This document shows, in pieces, positions 1 through 12,863 of a stretch of 64,000 nt of DNA (position 1 is the first letter of the stretch; each line of letters starts with the position of its first letter). The notes beneath the pieces are model-generated. The model made no database searches, was not told where the DNA came from, and was given only the letters and a program-made list of their open reading frames with translations. The stretch comes from Octopus bimaculoides (Eukaryota), in NCBI RefSeq assembly GCF_001194135.2, contig NC_068987.1, positions 60,688,085-60,752,084 on the forward strand, given 5' to 3'. The position numbers were made by a program, and so were the translations under genes.

Positions 1-739
1 CTTACAGCCTGTGGGACAAGGATATCAAAGGTTAAAGGGTTAATCAAAAGACATGGCACTCTACCAGTAACTGTGTAATCAATCATGTGATCTCTTGCCT
101 GGAACCAATGGTTCTGTTATTAATTGTTTGATTTATAGTCTGGTAATTGATTGTTAATTGTAGCTCTTAACTGTTTGAAAAGGTGATTATAATTAATTAA
201 TGCTTTGTGTTTTTATGCCCTGTGATGGGCACTCAAAAACTCCTGATGGAATGTAGGGGCTACATTGTATCATACTTGATACATACTTGGATACTTTTAG
301 ACTTTGGCGGAACACATCCCTCTTCAAGTTTGACCACAGTCAATTTATTCCAGAAACATCGACACAGAGACATAGTCAGAGAAGAGGATCAACTCTAGTA
401 CAAGATTGGTATTCTACTTATTAATCCTGAAAGGATGATAAGCAGTGTCTACCATGGGATTTGAACCCAGAGCATAGAGAGTCAGAATGGTTGCTGCAAA
501 GCTATCTATCAGACTCTCAAACAACACTTCCAATTAGCTACCTTACTGTTTTTTTATTAATTATTTTGAATATAAATTACTGCAACATTAACACTGACAT
601 CTATTTCTACAAAAAGTGAAGCAACACAAACTTCACTCTCTCTCTCTGTTTCTATAATTTCTCTTCTTTGAAAAGCTTTTGAACGATTTCTAGTTTATTT
701 CATTTTGATATGCCTATCAAAGGAGTTCCTTGGCACAAT

Positions 740-1290
740 TATATATCATCGTCATACTGCCTGTGGATGCCAGTACCGCTTGATTGGCTCCCATGCCTGT
801 GGCACGTAAAAAGCACCATCTGAGCATGGTCAGTGCCAGTGCTGCCTGACTAGCCCCCATGCCAGTGGCACGTAAAAAACACCCACTACACTCTCGGAGT
901 GGTTGGCATTAGGAAAGGCATCCAACTGTAGAAACCCCTTGCCAGATCAGATTAGAGCCTGATGCAGCCTCCTGGCTTACCAGTCCTCAGTCACACCATC
1001 CAACCCATGCCAGCATGGAAAGCGGACGTTAAACGATGACAATGATGATCATCATCATTTAATGTCTGTGGGTTAGATGGTTTGACTACAGCCGGTAAGC
1101 CAGAGAGCTGCACCAGGTCCAGTTGACTGTTTTGGTATGATTTCTACAGCTGGATGCCCTTCCTAATACCAACCACTCTACAGAGTGTATTGGGTGTCTT
1201 TTACATGTCTCTGGCACAGGTGCCATTTTGCATGTCACTGGCATGAGTGCCTTTTATGTGTCCCCAGCATGGGTGCCTTTGGTCTTAATC
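740..1290. mobile_element. Two RTE-LINE 3' tail copies in tail-to-tail orientation (+ copy ~740-1049, - copy ~1050-1290)
   Basis: GGCACGTAAAAAGCACC units, AGGCATCCAACTGTAGAA and GCATGGAAAGCGGACGTTAAACGATGA..GAT tail. The same sequence forms the 3' UTR of the RT-bearing element at 54361-55890. Confidence 0.8.
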
Positions 1291-1328
1291 ATTTTCACTG
1301 TCTTTTTTTCTATTTTAATCTTCACTGA

Positions 1329-1560
1329 CTACAAGTAGCAAGGTATAACTACCCTCTGGTACCCACAGGAGTTGGGAAATCTGGCTCTACAGCAGGTTCT
1401 AAGTACCCTATGGTACCTACAGGAATAGGGTGGACTGGTCCTGCAGGCAAGTGTAACTACTCTATGATACCTACAGGTGTTAAGATCTGTTCTTACAGTA
1501 GGGTGTAACCTACGGTACCTATAGGAGCATGGTGGAGTGGTCCTATCTGCAAGATATGAA
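1329..1560. repeat. Degenerate tandem repeat, ~48-54 nt period, 4 units
   Basis: Core G(G/A)TACC(C/T)A(C/T)AGG recurs four times between ~1358 and ~1525. Confidence 0.7.
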
Positions 1561-3966
1561 TAGTGAACTGGTCCAGCAGCAAAGAGTAATGACCCTATAG
1601 TTCTACATGAGTGAGATGCCATTTTCATGGATTTTATGTTGCTCTGGGAACAAAAAATTAACCATTTGCTTAGTTGTTTGATGTCTGAACTGTTCACCAT
1701 ATCACCAATGTCTAAGTAAGAGGTCACCATGTGATGCTACATTATACAATAGATAATGCACTACATTATGACATTAGGAAGGGCATCCAGCTGTAGTAAC
1801 CATGCTAAAACAGACTATGAAACATGGTGCGGCCCCTGGCTTTGCCAGTTCCTGTGAAACCATCCAACCTATGCCAGCATGGAAAATGGACATTAAATGT
1901 TGATGATGATGATGGTTCTATGATGCCATGAAGTACTTCCTTTGATTTGGTTTGTGCTATGTGATTTACAGCACTTAAAGCTAAAACTGTAACCACTCTG
2001 ATGAAATTCTATATTGCAGTAAACACTGCAATATAGTCAAGTAAAATATAATAGATAGTAAGTGTAGGATTTTAAATATTTATTGCTAAACAGGGAAGGT
2101 CAACCTTTGATTTTTACAGTAGGTGAAGTCATTTTCATATATTCTATTTATATTCTTTTTAGTGTTTCAGCCTTTCGTTAAATGAATAAACATCTACAAT
2201 TTTGTAACTGGTTTTTAAGTAGAGAAATTTCTTGATAAAAGACTTCAAGATTGGCTAAACTAAACAATGGTAGCCTTTTTTTGATGTTCAGTTTTTTTTT
2301 GTTGTTTTTTTTTTCAAGAACATATCTTTATTTTATTGCGCATAGCTTGTTTTATATTGAAGAAACAAAGAATACCTTTCTTAGATATAGTTTGATGTCA
2401 GTTATGTTTTATTTTTTAAACTGTTGCTGATGCGATATATAGAAGTCTGTTTGTTTTCTGCAGTTAAAAGTTTATGGTTTAATGTGTGAAAAAATGTTAT
2501 TTATCCATATGAGGATGCCAAATGGTATAGAATGCTATGCTACTATATATAATAGGAGCACCGATAAAATTGTTTCAATTTCCCCTTCTTGTATTTGTGT
2601 CTGTTGCTAAATTAGATATTTTGCTTCTTTTCTAAGAAAATACATCTGTGTCTTTGCACATTTATTTAACGCTTTTAAACAGTCATCATTTCTGCTTTTA
2701 GTGTTTCAACAAAAATCTTTTTTTTTTTTGATAACTTAATAAATTTTGGAATTTAGATGGTTATTGCTTATCTGTGTTTTTTCTTAAACACCATTTTGTT
2801 GCTGTGTAAAGTGGTCAGCTGGTGCAGAGATATCTGACCACATGTACAGAAAGAAACATTGTAATATTTCCTTATCTTAAAAGGGTTTTTAAAAGCTGAT
2901 GCTTGGCTTTTTTTATAGTATATTTTTATGCATCTATTTTTTTGAAGGTTTGTTTTACCTACTGCTTCAACCATGAAAGGTTATTGTCTGTCAAGTAGAA
3001 TGGTGGTCTTGTGTATAACCCTACCTCTAAATTCAGATTCTTTTGCTTCCTAAACTGTTGTCTTCTCAAAAGGAATTTTACCAAACACATGAACATTCCT
3101 TACCTACCATTCCAGAACCATGATGTCTTTGTAATCCGAAATCCTGTGACCTCTTTCAGAACCTCCAGGACTGATGAGAGGGAGTGGGTGTTATACTCAA
3201 ACTGGGAGCCTGGCCTGAATACTTGCAACAGAGTGGGCATCACTAAAGGTAGCCATGGCATGTTAAACCAGGCCATGGGTGAAATATACCACCCTAGTAG
3301 GCAATGGTAAGCTTTATTTGAACTCAGAATCCAAAGAGTTGGAACAAATGCTGTAAAGCATCTATTCTAACATTCTTACAGTCCCATCAATCCACAACCC
3401 TGAATCCATATTTTTTATTAGCTCTCAAAAGATGGAAAGCAAAGTTAGTTTTGGCTGAATTTGAACTCAGAGCACAGAGTATTGGAACAAACATTGTAAG
3501 GCCTTCTGTTCAATACTCAAAGAATTTTGCCTATTTATTGCCTTGGCACTGATCTTGTGTAGGGTAAATCTTCCCGTGAAGAATCTTCTCAAAATCCATT
3601 TCCAACAGCTTGGTGAGCAGTTTCATGTCAGTTATTTTTATTCTTTAAACTGTTATTGATGAGATATATAGAAGTTTGCTTGTTTTCTGCAGGTAAAGTA
3701 GAATTAACTAAATACATTGTGAAATGCTTTCAGAGAATACAGCCTGTCATCTGATGGTCCAAAACAATGTCTAGACTTCTCAGATTCTGGATTGCCTATG
3801 CAATTGATATCTTCTCTTTTATTTAAATGGTTTGAAGTAACTGAAATATCTGAGCATCAGGGAATATACATGTTAAACATTATGTTGGATCAAGCTGACC
3901 TTAACTGACCAGTGTCCAAGCCATTAATGTTCTTTCTTTACTATGATAAATTTTGGAAGACTTTAA

Positions 3967-4180
3967 CCTTTTTGATACCAACTTCCCTGAGACTGCTGCT
4001 GATTCAATAATACAAAGTTCTTGTTTTAAATGATATAAAACCTTCCATCAAAATTTAATACATGTGTGTTCCAAACACCAGATTAATGATGACAAATGTT
4101 ATTTACTATATTCTCCATTAGTTTTAAAATTAATTGAAACAAAGGCAATGTATTTCAACAGAAATATGACAAAGAAAGAG
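3967..4180 (+). mobile_element. piggyBac-type MITE (family b), degenerate
   Basis: TTAA|CCTTTTTGATACC ... AAAGAAAGAG|TTAA; internally similar to 26195-26403 and 31961-32178. Confidence 0.65.
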
Positions 4181-4437
4181 TTAACAGGTTGTTCTTTTAT
4201 TTAGAGAGAATTTGCTGAGAGATATTTGTAACTAGCACCAGCAACTTCCAGATCTTTTCCTTGAAAATCCCCATTATTTAAAACCTAATAGTTTCTTCAG
4301 ATTGGTATCTGTTGAACAGCTGTGTAGCTTCATGTCTCTTCTGATTGGGCAAAATTTTAGTCAACAGTATTCTATTTGTAAACATTACATTTTTTATTTT
4401 GACAGTATATATTTTGGACTAAATTATTGAATACACC

Positions 4438-4468
<31 letters not shown>

Positions 4469-5552
4469 ATTGTGGGATTTGGAGGAGCTTTGGGTGCTAT
4501 ATTTAGCAGGTTGAGTGATTCCTTAAAGATTCAACATGGTGCATGTTGTAAATTCTGTCTTTGGTACATTTTTTTTTAAAATTAAAGGTAATAAAATTAA
4601 ATGCAACAAATGTCAGGGTTAAGCAGCTAAATATCTCTCTGCAAATATTCTTCAAAGACCATGTTGTATTTAAGTATCATACCTCAGAAATAAAGGACAA
4701 GGTACCCACAGCTAGGGTAACAGTAGAGAGCTTCTTCAAACAGCTTATTCTTACCTATAGGCCTATTTAACTAAACCTAACTGAAGCTACTCAACAATAT
4801 CAATGACAACACTTAGCAATGTTGTCATCATTGTTATTTTATCATCATCATTTTTTCCATGCTTGTTTGGGTGAGATGGAATTCATTCAGTTAGATTTTC
4901 TATGGCTAGACGCCCTTCCTGTCACCAACTTTCACCTGTTTCCTAGCAAGGTAATATTTCCCCATGGCTGGACATATATTTTCGTTAAAGATTTGAAATG
5001 ATTGACACTGCTTGTATGACAGTGACGCTTCTTTTACAACTGTCACATGATATCAAGACAAGGCGACAAACATGCATACATGCACCTAACGTACATATGA
5101 ACGGGTTTCTTATGCTTTCCTTCTGCCAAATCTACTTACAAGGTTTTAGTCAGCCTGGCATGACAGTTGAAGACAGTTGTCCAAAGTGGTACACAGACCG
5201 TAAAAGTTTTAATATGCTTGTGCTTTAGAAAGATAATAAATCTACAAACAAACCATATTGTTATGAAAAAATGGCAACAAATAAAAAAAATAATAACAAT
5301 AAAATACAATAAAAATTACTGTTAATTTTTGTTATTCCATCTGTATGGAATTCAAGAATGCAATATTAAAGCATTAACATTCCAATAGAGTTGTGTTTCT
5401 TTTTTATATCCCTAACAAATAATTAGAACACATTAGTTTAATTTGACTTTGACATAATCTCAGTTTTGATATGTGTGTACGTATATATGATGTGTGTGTA
5501 GTCATTTAACTTTGCTATAAGCTTATTGTGCTTATACAGCCTCAGTTTAGCC

Positions 5553-5560
5553 ATGATCAG
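5553..5560 (+). CDS. TP53I11: Probable start-codon microexon of TP53I11 (exon 5540-5560; coding ATG ATC AG)
   Basis: Branch-like TTTAAC, then TGCTTATACAG acceptor, GCC-ATG context and CAG|GTAAGC donor. The phase-2 end joins the single G at 12967 to give M-I-R-K-H-S, matching the MKKHS motif of TP53I11. The frame is also open to the exon start (LSLA), so a further upstream coding exon is possible. Confidence 0.55.
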
Positions 5561-8078
5561 GTAAGCCTGTGACCAAAAAGCATCCAAACCTATGAACAGA
5601 TAGCATAACTAATACTTTATTTATTATCCTCCAATGTGTCAAGGTAGTGAGTTAACAGAGCATTGACAGTAATAATATGAAATCTCAGGATGCTGGGGCT
5701 CAAGTATTAGGTAACCAATTACCATATCTAGCAAAATATTGTGTGACAGATGTGTTCAGTCCATGCCTGTATGAAAAGACAGACATTTGATGAAAACGAT
5801 AGTTCCCAAACTTTGGTTTCAGTTATCCAATTATCTACGTAACTTCTGTCGTATTAGATAAAACCTTCTCATAAGCATTATCATCGATATACTCTTAATC
5901 CTGAAATATTAAGATAGCTTGTGATATTTTCTTTCACTTGGACCTTGTCTTCAGTTAAAGAGTTGTGCTTTGATGTAGGCATATATATATATGATTGTAC
6001 TGTAACTGGAGCATTTTTCTTTCTATATGTTGTGATCACTATCATCGTAACAACAACTTGATGATGATGATGCAGTTTTTGACATTTTCCCAAAATATTG
6101 TGATAGTCACAGCTGGAATACACTGCATTGTATCTCTGCTTGATCAGAGGCTAAACAATAGCTTTATCATTATAGTGATCTTATTATTATCATCATCATC
6201 ATCATCATCATAAAAATCCTTCCTTTTCTCCTCTTCTTCTCCTTCATCATCACTAAACAAAACTTCGCTTTCTAAGGCAGTTTGATTATTGAATTTTCCA
6301 GATCCCACTAACCTACTCTCTGAATCTGTAGGCAGCATCCCACTAATCTTTATATCTACTATCTGGCTGAGAGTCTGTTTAAACTGCAGACAGTTGCTCA
6401 AAAGTAGATCTAGCTTTGATCATTGACATTCTGTTACATTTCTTTGCCAACATGAAAGGATTAAGAAGTGGAATTTAACTAATGCAAAGTATCAATCAAT
6501 ATTAAAGGTTGTCTTTGATGATTTGTGTACAGCAGGAGTGAAAACAAAATCACTTTAACCCTTTCAATTATCATGTGAGAATATTACTTCAGAAAATAAG
6601 CACTTTCATGTCTTTCTTACCAACTTGTTTTTTTTTCTTTTATTTTTTTATGAGTCGACAAATTAGTGTATTCATCATGGTTGGGTGAAATTTCATCCAC
6701 ATTCAGTAAGTTCAGACATGGTTGTATGGTTAAGAAACTTGCTTCCCAACTGCGTGGTCTTGTGTTCTGTCTCTCTGCGCACCACCTTCAGGTAGCGTCT
6801 TCTACTGGTGCCCAAGGCCAACCCAAATCCTTGTGAATGGGTTTGATTGACAGAAACTGAGAGAAGCTATCATGTGTGTATCATCATCATCATCATCATT
6901 ATTGTCATTTAACATTCGTTTTCCATGCTGGCATGGGTTACACAGTTTGACCACAGCTGGTAAGCCAAAGAGCTACTTCAGGCTCCAATCATCTGTTTTG
7001 GCTTGGTTTCTATGGCTGGCTGTGCTTCCTGATACCAATCACTTTACAGAGTATACTGGGCACCTTTTTTACATCACTGGCTGGCGTGCCTATTATGTGT
7101 CACTGGCACAATTGCCTTTTAGTGTCACTGGTGTGGTTGCCTTTTATGTGAGACTCAACAACTGAGGATCATATTTCACCACCTCGTCCCACATCTTTCT
7201 AGGTTTACCTCTGTATGCGCATGTGTGTATACAGTATTTAAAGTGGTGTACAGATATTGTATATTGAGAAAAAGGAAGCAGTCAAAATTTTGGATAACTC
7301 TTTATTAGCACTTTCATTCGTTAACCAAACTCAAGACAAAAATTAAAACTAACATCATTTTAGTTTTAATTTTTATCTTGAAGAGTTCAGTTATTGAAAA
7401 TCATCATCGTTTAACATCCATCTTCCATGCATGCATGAGTAGGACGGTCCATAGTAGCTGGCCAGGTAGAAAAACTACCCTATGCTACTGTGTCTGTTTT
7501 GGTAGGGTTTTTACAGCTGGATGAAAAATATGTCTAACCATGAGAAAATATTACTTTACAAGGGTTGGCAACAGGAAGGGCATCCAGCTGTAGAATATCT
7601 GCTTCAACAAGGTTCGTCTGACTCATGCAAGCGTGGAAAAGTATGTTTAAAATGATAACAATGATTAGCCCTGTTGATACCAACCTATCTGAGACTGCCC
7701 TGGTTCTGTAATGCACGGTTTCTAGTTAAGTGTGTGGCACACCTCTTTTAGTATTTCCAGTGAAGGACAAGCAATTGATGGTGTGAATATTGAAATTTAT
7801 TACATGAGAAATCGAATACAATAAGAAATATATTCATATCTATCTCTTTTTATCTTTTACTTGTTACAGTCATTAGGCTACGGCCATGCTGGGGTACTGC
7901 CTTGAAGGGCTTAGTCAATAAATCAACCCAGTACTTTTTGTTAAGCTTTAATTCTTTTGGTCTTTTTTGCTGTTATGAGGATGTAAACAAACTAATGTTT
8001 GCTGTCAAGCAGTTGTGGGGCACAAGCACACACACACACACACATAATATGCATGCACACACACACATATACTTTTAT

Positions 8079-8472
8079 TCTTTTACTTGTTTCAGTCATT
8101 TGACTATGGCCATGCTGGAGCACTGCCATGAAGGGTTTTAGTCAAACAAATTGACCCCAGGCCTTTTTTTTAAAGCTTAGTACTTATTCTATCAGTCTCT
8201 TTTGCTGAACTGCTAAGTTATGGGGATGTAAACACATCAACACCAGTTATCAAGTGGTGATGGGGGGACAGACACACACACAGAAAAATGCATACATACA
8301 TCCAAACACAGACAGACAAATGGCTTCTTTCAGTTTTTACTTTTCAAATCCACTCACAAGGTTTTGGTTGGCCCGAGACTATTGTAAAAGACACTCACTC
8401 AAGGTGCCATGCAGTGGGACTGAATCCAGAGCCATGTGATAGGAAAGCAAGCTTCTTACCACACAGCGACAC

Positions 8473-8476
<4 letters not shown>
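8079..8476 (-). mobile_element. tRNA-derived SINE, family A (full length)
   Basis: Reverse complement of the family at 32833-33279: head with A/B boxes, central CA/TG tract, TGACTGAAACAAGTAAAAGA tail. Confidence 0.85.
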
Positions 8477-8509
<33 letters not shown>

Positions 8510-9077
8510 AGTTCTTTCATTCTCTGCCTACCAAATCCACTCAGATGGATTTAGTCAGCCCAGGGCTTTAATAGAAGACACGTACCCAAGGTGCCATGCA
8601 GTAGGATTAAACTTGAATGTGTGGTTGGGAAGCCAACTTCTTATCACACTGCCACAATACAAACTGTCTCAAATGTACTTAGTTGTAGTAGTAATTTGTG
8701 AAAATACATTGACATAAAAACAACACACGTAGAGGAAACATTTTTTTTTATATTCGGTAAATATTAGGTTAAATATTTCTTGTAATTATGCAACGGAAAT
8801 GTAGGAGTGTAGTCTACATTAAGCATAGCCCTACTTTTATAAACACTTTCAAAGTTCCTCTTCCACAAGACTGGTGACATAGTGAATTGGAATGTTGAAA
8901 TTTTTGTTGAATTGCAACAAGGCTTCCCTAACTTCAAATGCAGCTGAAAGAAATTATATATGTAGAAATATATTAGTTAGATTGTACTATAGTGTTGTTG
9001 TTATTGTTCTTAATGCATTGTAGTTTGATAGAAATGGTAGAATGTTTAGTTTCATCATTCTATATATTCTCAAACAA

Positions 9078-9176
9078 TGCACCATGAAATGTCACTAGGT
9101 ACGTCTTGAAATGTTGCTAGGTGCGCCATGAGATGTCGCTAGGTGCGGTATGAAATGTAACTAGGTTCATCATGGA
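9078..9176. repeat. 22-bp minisatellite, 4 units plus a partial unit
   Basis: TGCACCATGAAATGTCACTAGG / TACGTCTTGAAATGTTGCTAGG / TGCGCCATGAGATGTCGCTAGG / TGCGGTATGAAATGTAACTAGG. Confidence 0.85.
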
Positions 9177-9344
9177 TGAATTAAGATAATATTTAAAAAA
9201 TATTGAAAAAGACAAACTTTATATAGATTTGGTAATTATTGAGTAAATAAGGAATTACTTAATAACTTCCTGTAGCTTTAATTGTTTGTATTTTTGAGGT
9301 TTAGGGTGCAAATATTTCTTATTTATATTTTTATTTGTTCTAAG

Positions 9345-9560
9345 ACGGCAAGTTGACAGAATCATTAGCACACCAGGCAAAATGCTTAGAAGCATTTCAT
9401 CTGTCCTAATGTTCTGAGTTCAAATTCCCTCGTGGTTGAGTTTGCCTTTCATCCTTTCAGGGTCGATAAAATAAGTACCAGTTGATGAAATAAGCACTAG
9501 GGTCGATGTAATCAACTTACTCCCTCCCTTGAAAATTATTGGCCTTGTGCAAAAATATTT
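9345..9560 (+). mobile_element. tRNA-derived SINE, family B
   Basis: GGCAAGTTGACAGAATCATTAGC...GAGTTCAAATTCC...CCTTTCATCCTTTCAGGGTCGATAAAATAAGTACCAG; same family as 57350-57580. Confidence 0.85.
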
Positions 9561-9676
9561 TAATTTTTTTCTGAATAGCCCTGTAAGTAAAAAGAAGGAA
9601 AAAAAGAAAAGAATCAATAAAGTCATATTTGATTTCCATCATTTTTTGATAAAAATATGTGCTTGCAGTATATTAA

Positions 9677-9878
9677 CCCTTTAGCATTTAAACTGGCCAT
9701 ATCCAGCCCCAAATTTTTTACCTGTTTTATGTTTAAACTGACCAGAACTGGCCTTCACACCTAAAAGTATGCAATCACATCATTGAAATCTCAGAGCTAC
9801 AAGATAATGCATGATTAATTCAAAACAATCTGAATTAGCAAATATTACATTTGATAGAATAATCTGGATGTTAGAGGG
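9677..9878 (+). mobile_element. piggyBac-type MITE (family a)
   Basis: TTAA|CCCTTTAGCATT ... GATGTTAGAGGG|TTAA; imperfect TIRs, TTAA on both sides. Confidence 0.75.
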
Positions 9879-10528
9879 TTAAGGGAGGAGAGAATAGAGG
9901 AGGATATTAGGGAGGAGAGGATAGAGGAAGTGCAAGGGAAGAAGAGAATTATGTATTGGGAATTTGTGGAGGACTGCCACAAGAATGAGTAAAGTATAAG
10001 GGGTTTGTCAATGGAGTTTGGCAGTCAGGAGTTTGCAGGTCATACACTGAGTAAGGCTTATGCAACCCTGGGCATTACAGGAATGAACAGAAAAAGAGCC
10101 ATCAAGAACAATTCAGAAACTGCTAAGAAAACATCAACAATTTTCTACCTATGGACTCCTTTGATTCCTATTTTATTGGGGTGGACCCCCATAGCTGTTT
10201 GATGTTTTAAAAAAACCCCTTCATATTTTTAGAATTAAATATTATTAGGAATTGCATTAAAAAAATTTAGATATTTTGGTGTATTGAAGAAGTGTAAGCA
10301 ATTTTTTCCACAAATTTTAACAAAAAAAAAGAAAAAATTTATATAGACACCCAAGGGTCATATGGACCTCACTTGAAAATCACTGGTCTGGATGACTCTG
10401 GCTGAAAGGTGTTCAGTGGGGTCAGTAGAATGCTGCATAGGCACAGGCCTCGGTTTGATCAACCTAAGTCGGGCCACCTGATCGAGGGTAATGAATCCAG
10501 CAAGCAACAATGATAATGTGTCCAAGTA

Positions 10529-10690
10529 GGTACTAGGACAAAATCCCCTGGCAGTCAATATCCCCCTGGATATTGTTCTTTCTTTACAATTAGAATTTTA
10601 GGAAAGTGAAATTTTATAAAAAAATCTAAAATATTTATTCATTGATATTTTTGTTTAACATTTGTCCTCAGGAGATTTTGTCCTGATACC
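10529..10690. mobile_element. Short TIR element (MITE), superfamily unassigned
   Basis: GGTACTAGGACAAAATCCCCTG (10529-10550) versus the reverse complement of 10669-10690, GGTATCAGGACAAAATCTCCTG: 19/22 match. Confidence 0.6.
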
Positions 10691-11877
10691 GTCAAGTATT
10701 GCATTTTAAGATGTTTGTTGAACCAGTCACCTGTTATTTTTCTTCAAAAATTTGGTTTTATCCTTTGTCAGAAGAAACTCACCAACATCGTTGATCCTAG
10801 ATTAAAATACCTTGTGTTTAGCTATTGTGTATCCCACAGTCAATGCAGCATGAGCAGTCCTGTGTTGGTTTTAGTTTCAGGTTTTTATATTTAGAGATCT
10901 AATCCTGTTGGGTTGACTGTGCCTTCCATTTCTATACAGCTGCTGCATGGTTTTGAAGTTTGCTTCCCAATCACCTGGTTCTGGGTTCAATTGCTCTGTG
11001 TGGCACTTTGAGCAAGTATTTTTTACTATATCCTTAGGCTGACCAAAGTCTTGTGAGTGAATTTGGTGGACAGAAACTGAGAGGAGCTTGTCAGCTTGTT
11101 GTATACGTACGTGTGTGTATATACATGTGCGTGTGTTTGTGTCACATATTGGATGATGTCAGAACAAAGAATGTCACTGTCTTACAGTCTCTTGCTTCCA
11201 GCCTGGTGTTAAAACATGTCTACTCATGTATAAGATCCTTATTGTTGTTGTTGTTAAGTTTTATTGAGAGGTAGTGGAGTGGTATAACTATAAAGCATCA
11301 CAGTCTCCTAATCAATAAATATTTCAAGCAAAATATGGAACAATGGAAAACAAAAAATACTTGGAAACCAAGGCTAATAATTTGATCTAAGTCTTTACCA
11401 GTCTTACATGTAATATAGTGAGATGTATCCAATATATTTTACTGGTCTAATATCCAATATAGTTTACTCAACCTTTGCCAATTTAATAACTCGGAACTAC
11501 AGAAATGTAATCAACTAAAGTAATTTAGTTTTAGCAAAAGGAGTCTGTTCATGATTTATGTACCTGACGGATTATGGTGAAGATTATATGATGCAGAACA
11601 AGAGATGCAGTGAAGTAGTTTATTGAGACCTGAAGTGTTGTTAAAATATTTAGACTACTGTCATAGTAACTTTCCAATGAGTTTTTCAGGAAATTGATAC
11701 CATCATTTAGCGTGTGTGTGTGTCTGTGTGCCTGTCTTCATATTGGCACTGCTTGAACAAATGTGTGTGTTTGTTTCATATTGTAACAATACCAGAAGTA
11801 CTGGGTTAACATGAATGACTAAAACTCATCAGAGACTTTAACCCCATTATAGCAGCAGACCAAACAAGGTCAGACAA

Positions 11878-12052
11878 AGGGTTTAAGTCGATTACATCGA
11901 CCCCAGTGCGTAACTGGTACTTAATTTATCGACTCCAAAAGGATGAAAGGCAAAGTCGACCTCGGCGGAATTTGAACTCAGAACATAGTGGCAGATGAAA
12001 TACCTCTAAGCATTTCACTCGGCATGCTAACGTTTCTGCCAGCTCGCTGCCT
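11878..12052 (-). mobile_element. tRNA-derived SINE, family B (well preserved)
   Basis: Reverse complement of GGCAGCGAGCTGGCAGAAACGTTAGCATGCCGAG...GAGTTCAAATTCCGCCGAGGTCGACTTTGCC. Confidence 0.85.
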
Positions 12053-12623
12053 TTTGTTGTTTCTGTCATCCCAGATTAGTTTAGATTGACTAGTCTTAGG
12101 CATTCATCCTCAGCTCAGTCTAGACCAAGCAATCCTGTGTCTGTCCCCAGCTCATCCTAGATAGAGAAGTCTTGTATGTATATTTGTGGATCACCCTATA
12201 TTGAATAGTTTACCCAGTCTAGATTAACCAATCATGTTTGATTTATCCTCAGGTTAGCCTAAACTGAGCAGTTGTCTTATCTAGATAATCTCATATCAGC
12301 CTAAATTTAGTAGTAGTCTTGTCTGGATTATCCCAGACCAGCCTAGATTGAGCAGTACTGTGTGTTTATCTCTAGGTAGACTTAGATTCAATAGTGGTTA
12401 TCTGATCAAATGCATTTTATATGCAGAAAGCATGAAGGACTATGTTATCTAATGTGTTTTAAGACAATAGAATGTGAATTGAAGGAAATTTGACTGTTGT
12501 TTCTAGCATGTCTTACAAGCAATATTCCAGTTATACACAACCATATTTTCTTTTATTCTACTTAAAAAACTTGTTAAAGTATGTTATAACAAGAAAAGTT
12601 ATATGAAGAACAGTGTATCAGAT

Positions 12624-12863
12624 TTCGTTTTTGGATTTGGTTTGCAAGATTTTTTATGTGATTTCGTGTGTTGAAGCATATTCTGTTGTGTCTGGGGAGA
12701 GTCATTTTCTTATTGTGCCTTAAAATTTAACACACTGACTATTGAAAAGGTTGCAAGATGCAACGAAAATTTTAGGAAAATAAAAATAAGAAATAAGTGG
12801 AAATTTTACCAGTGAGTGTGTTAAATTTTAAGGCACAATAAGAAAATGACTCTCCCCAGACAC
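12624..12863. mobile_element. Insertion with 15-bp target-site duplication and a perfect 54-bp internal inverted repeat (Penelope-like architecture, inferred)
   Basis: Direct repeat AACAGTGTATCAGAT at 12609-12623 and 12864-12878; arms 12683-12736 and 12815-12868 are exact reverse complements. Confidence 0.7.

Noticed and set aside
3160-3215. CTGATGAG...CTCAAAC hammerhead-like string
   Set aside because: The essential G of GAAA is missing and no consistent stems I and III form.
9078-9176. 22-bp array as a CRISPR or regulatory array
   Set aside because: Contiguous diverged units with no spacers; an ordinary minisatellite.
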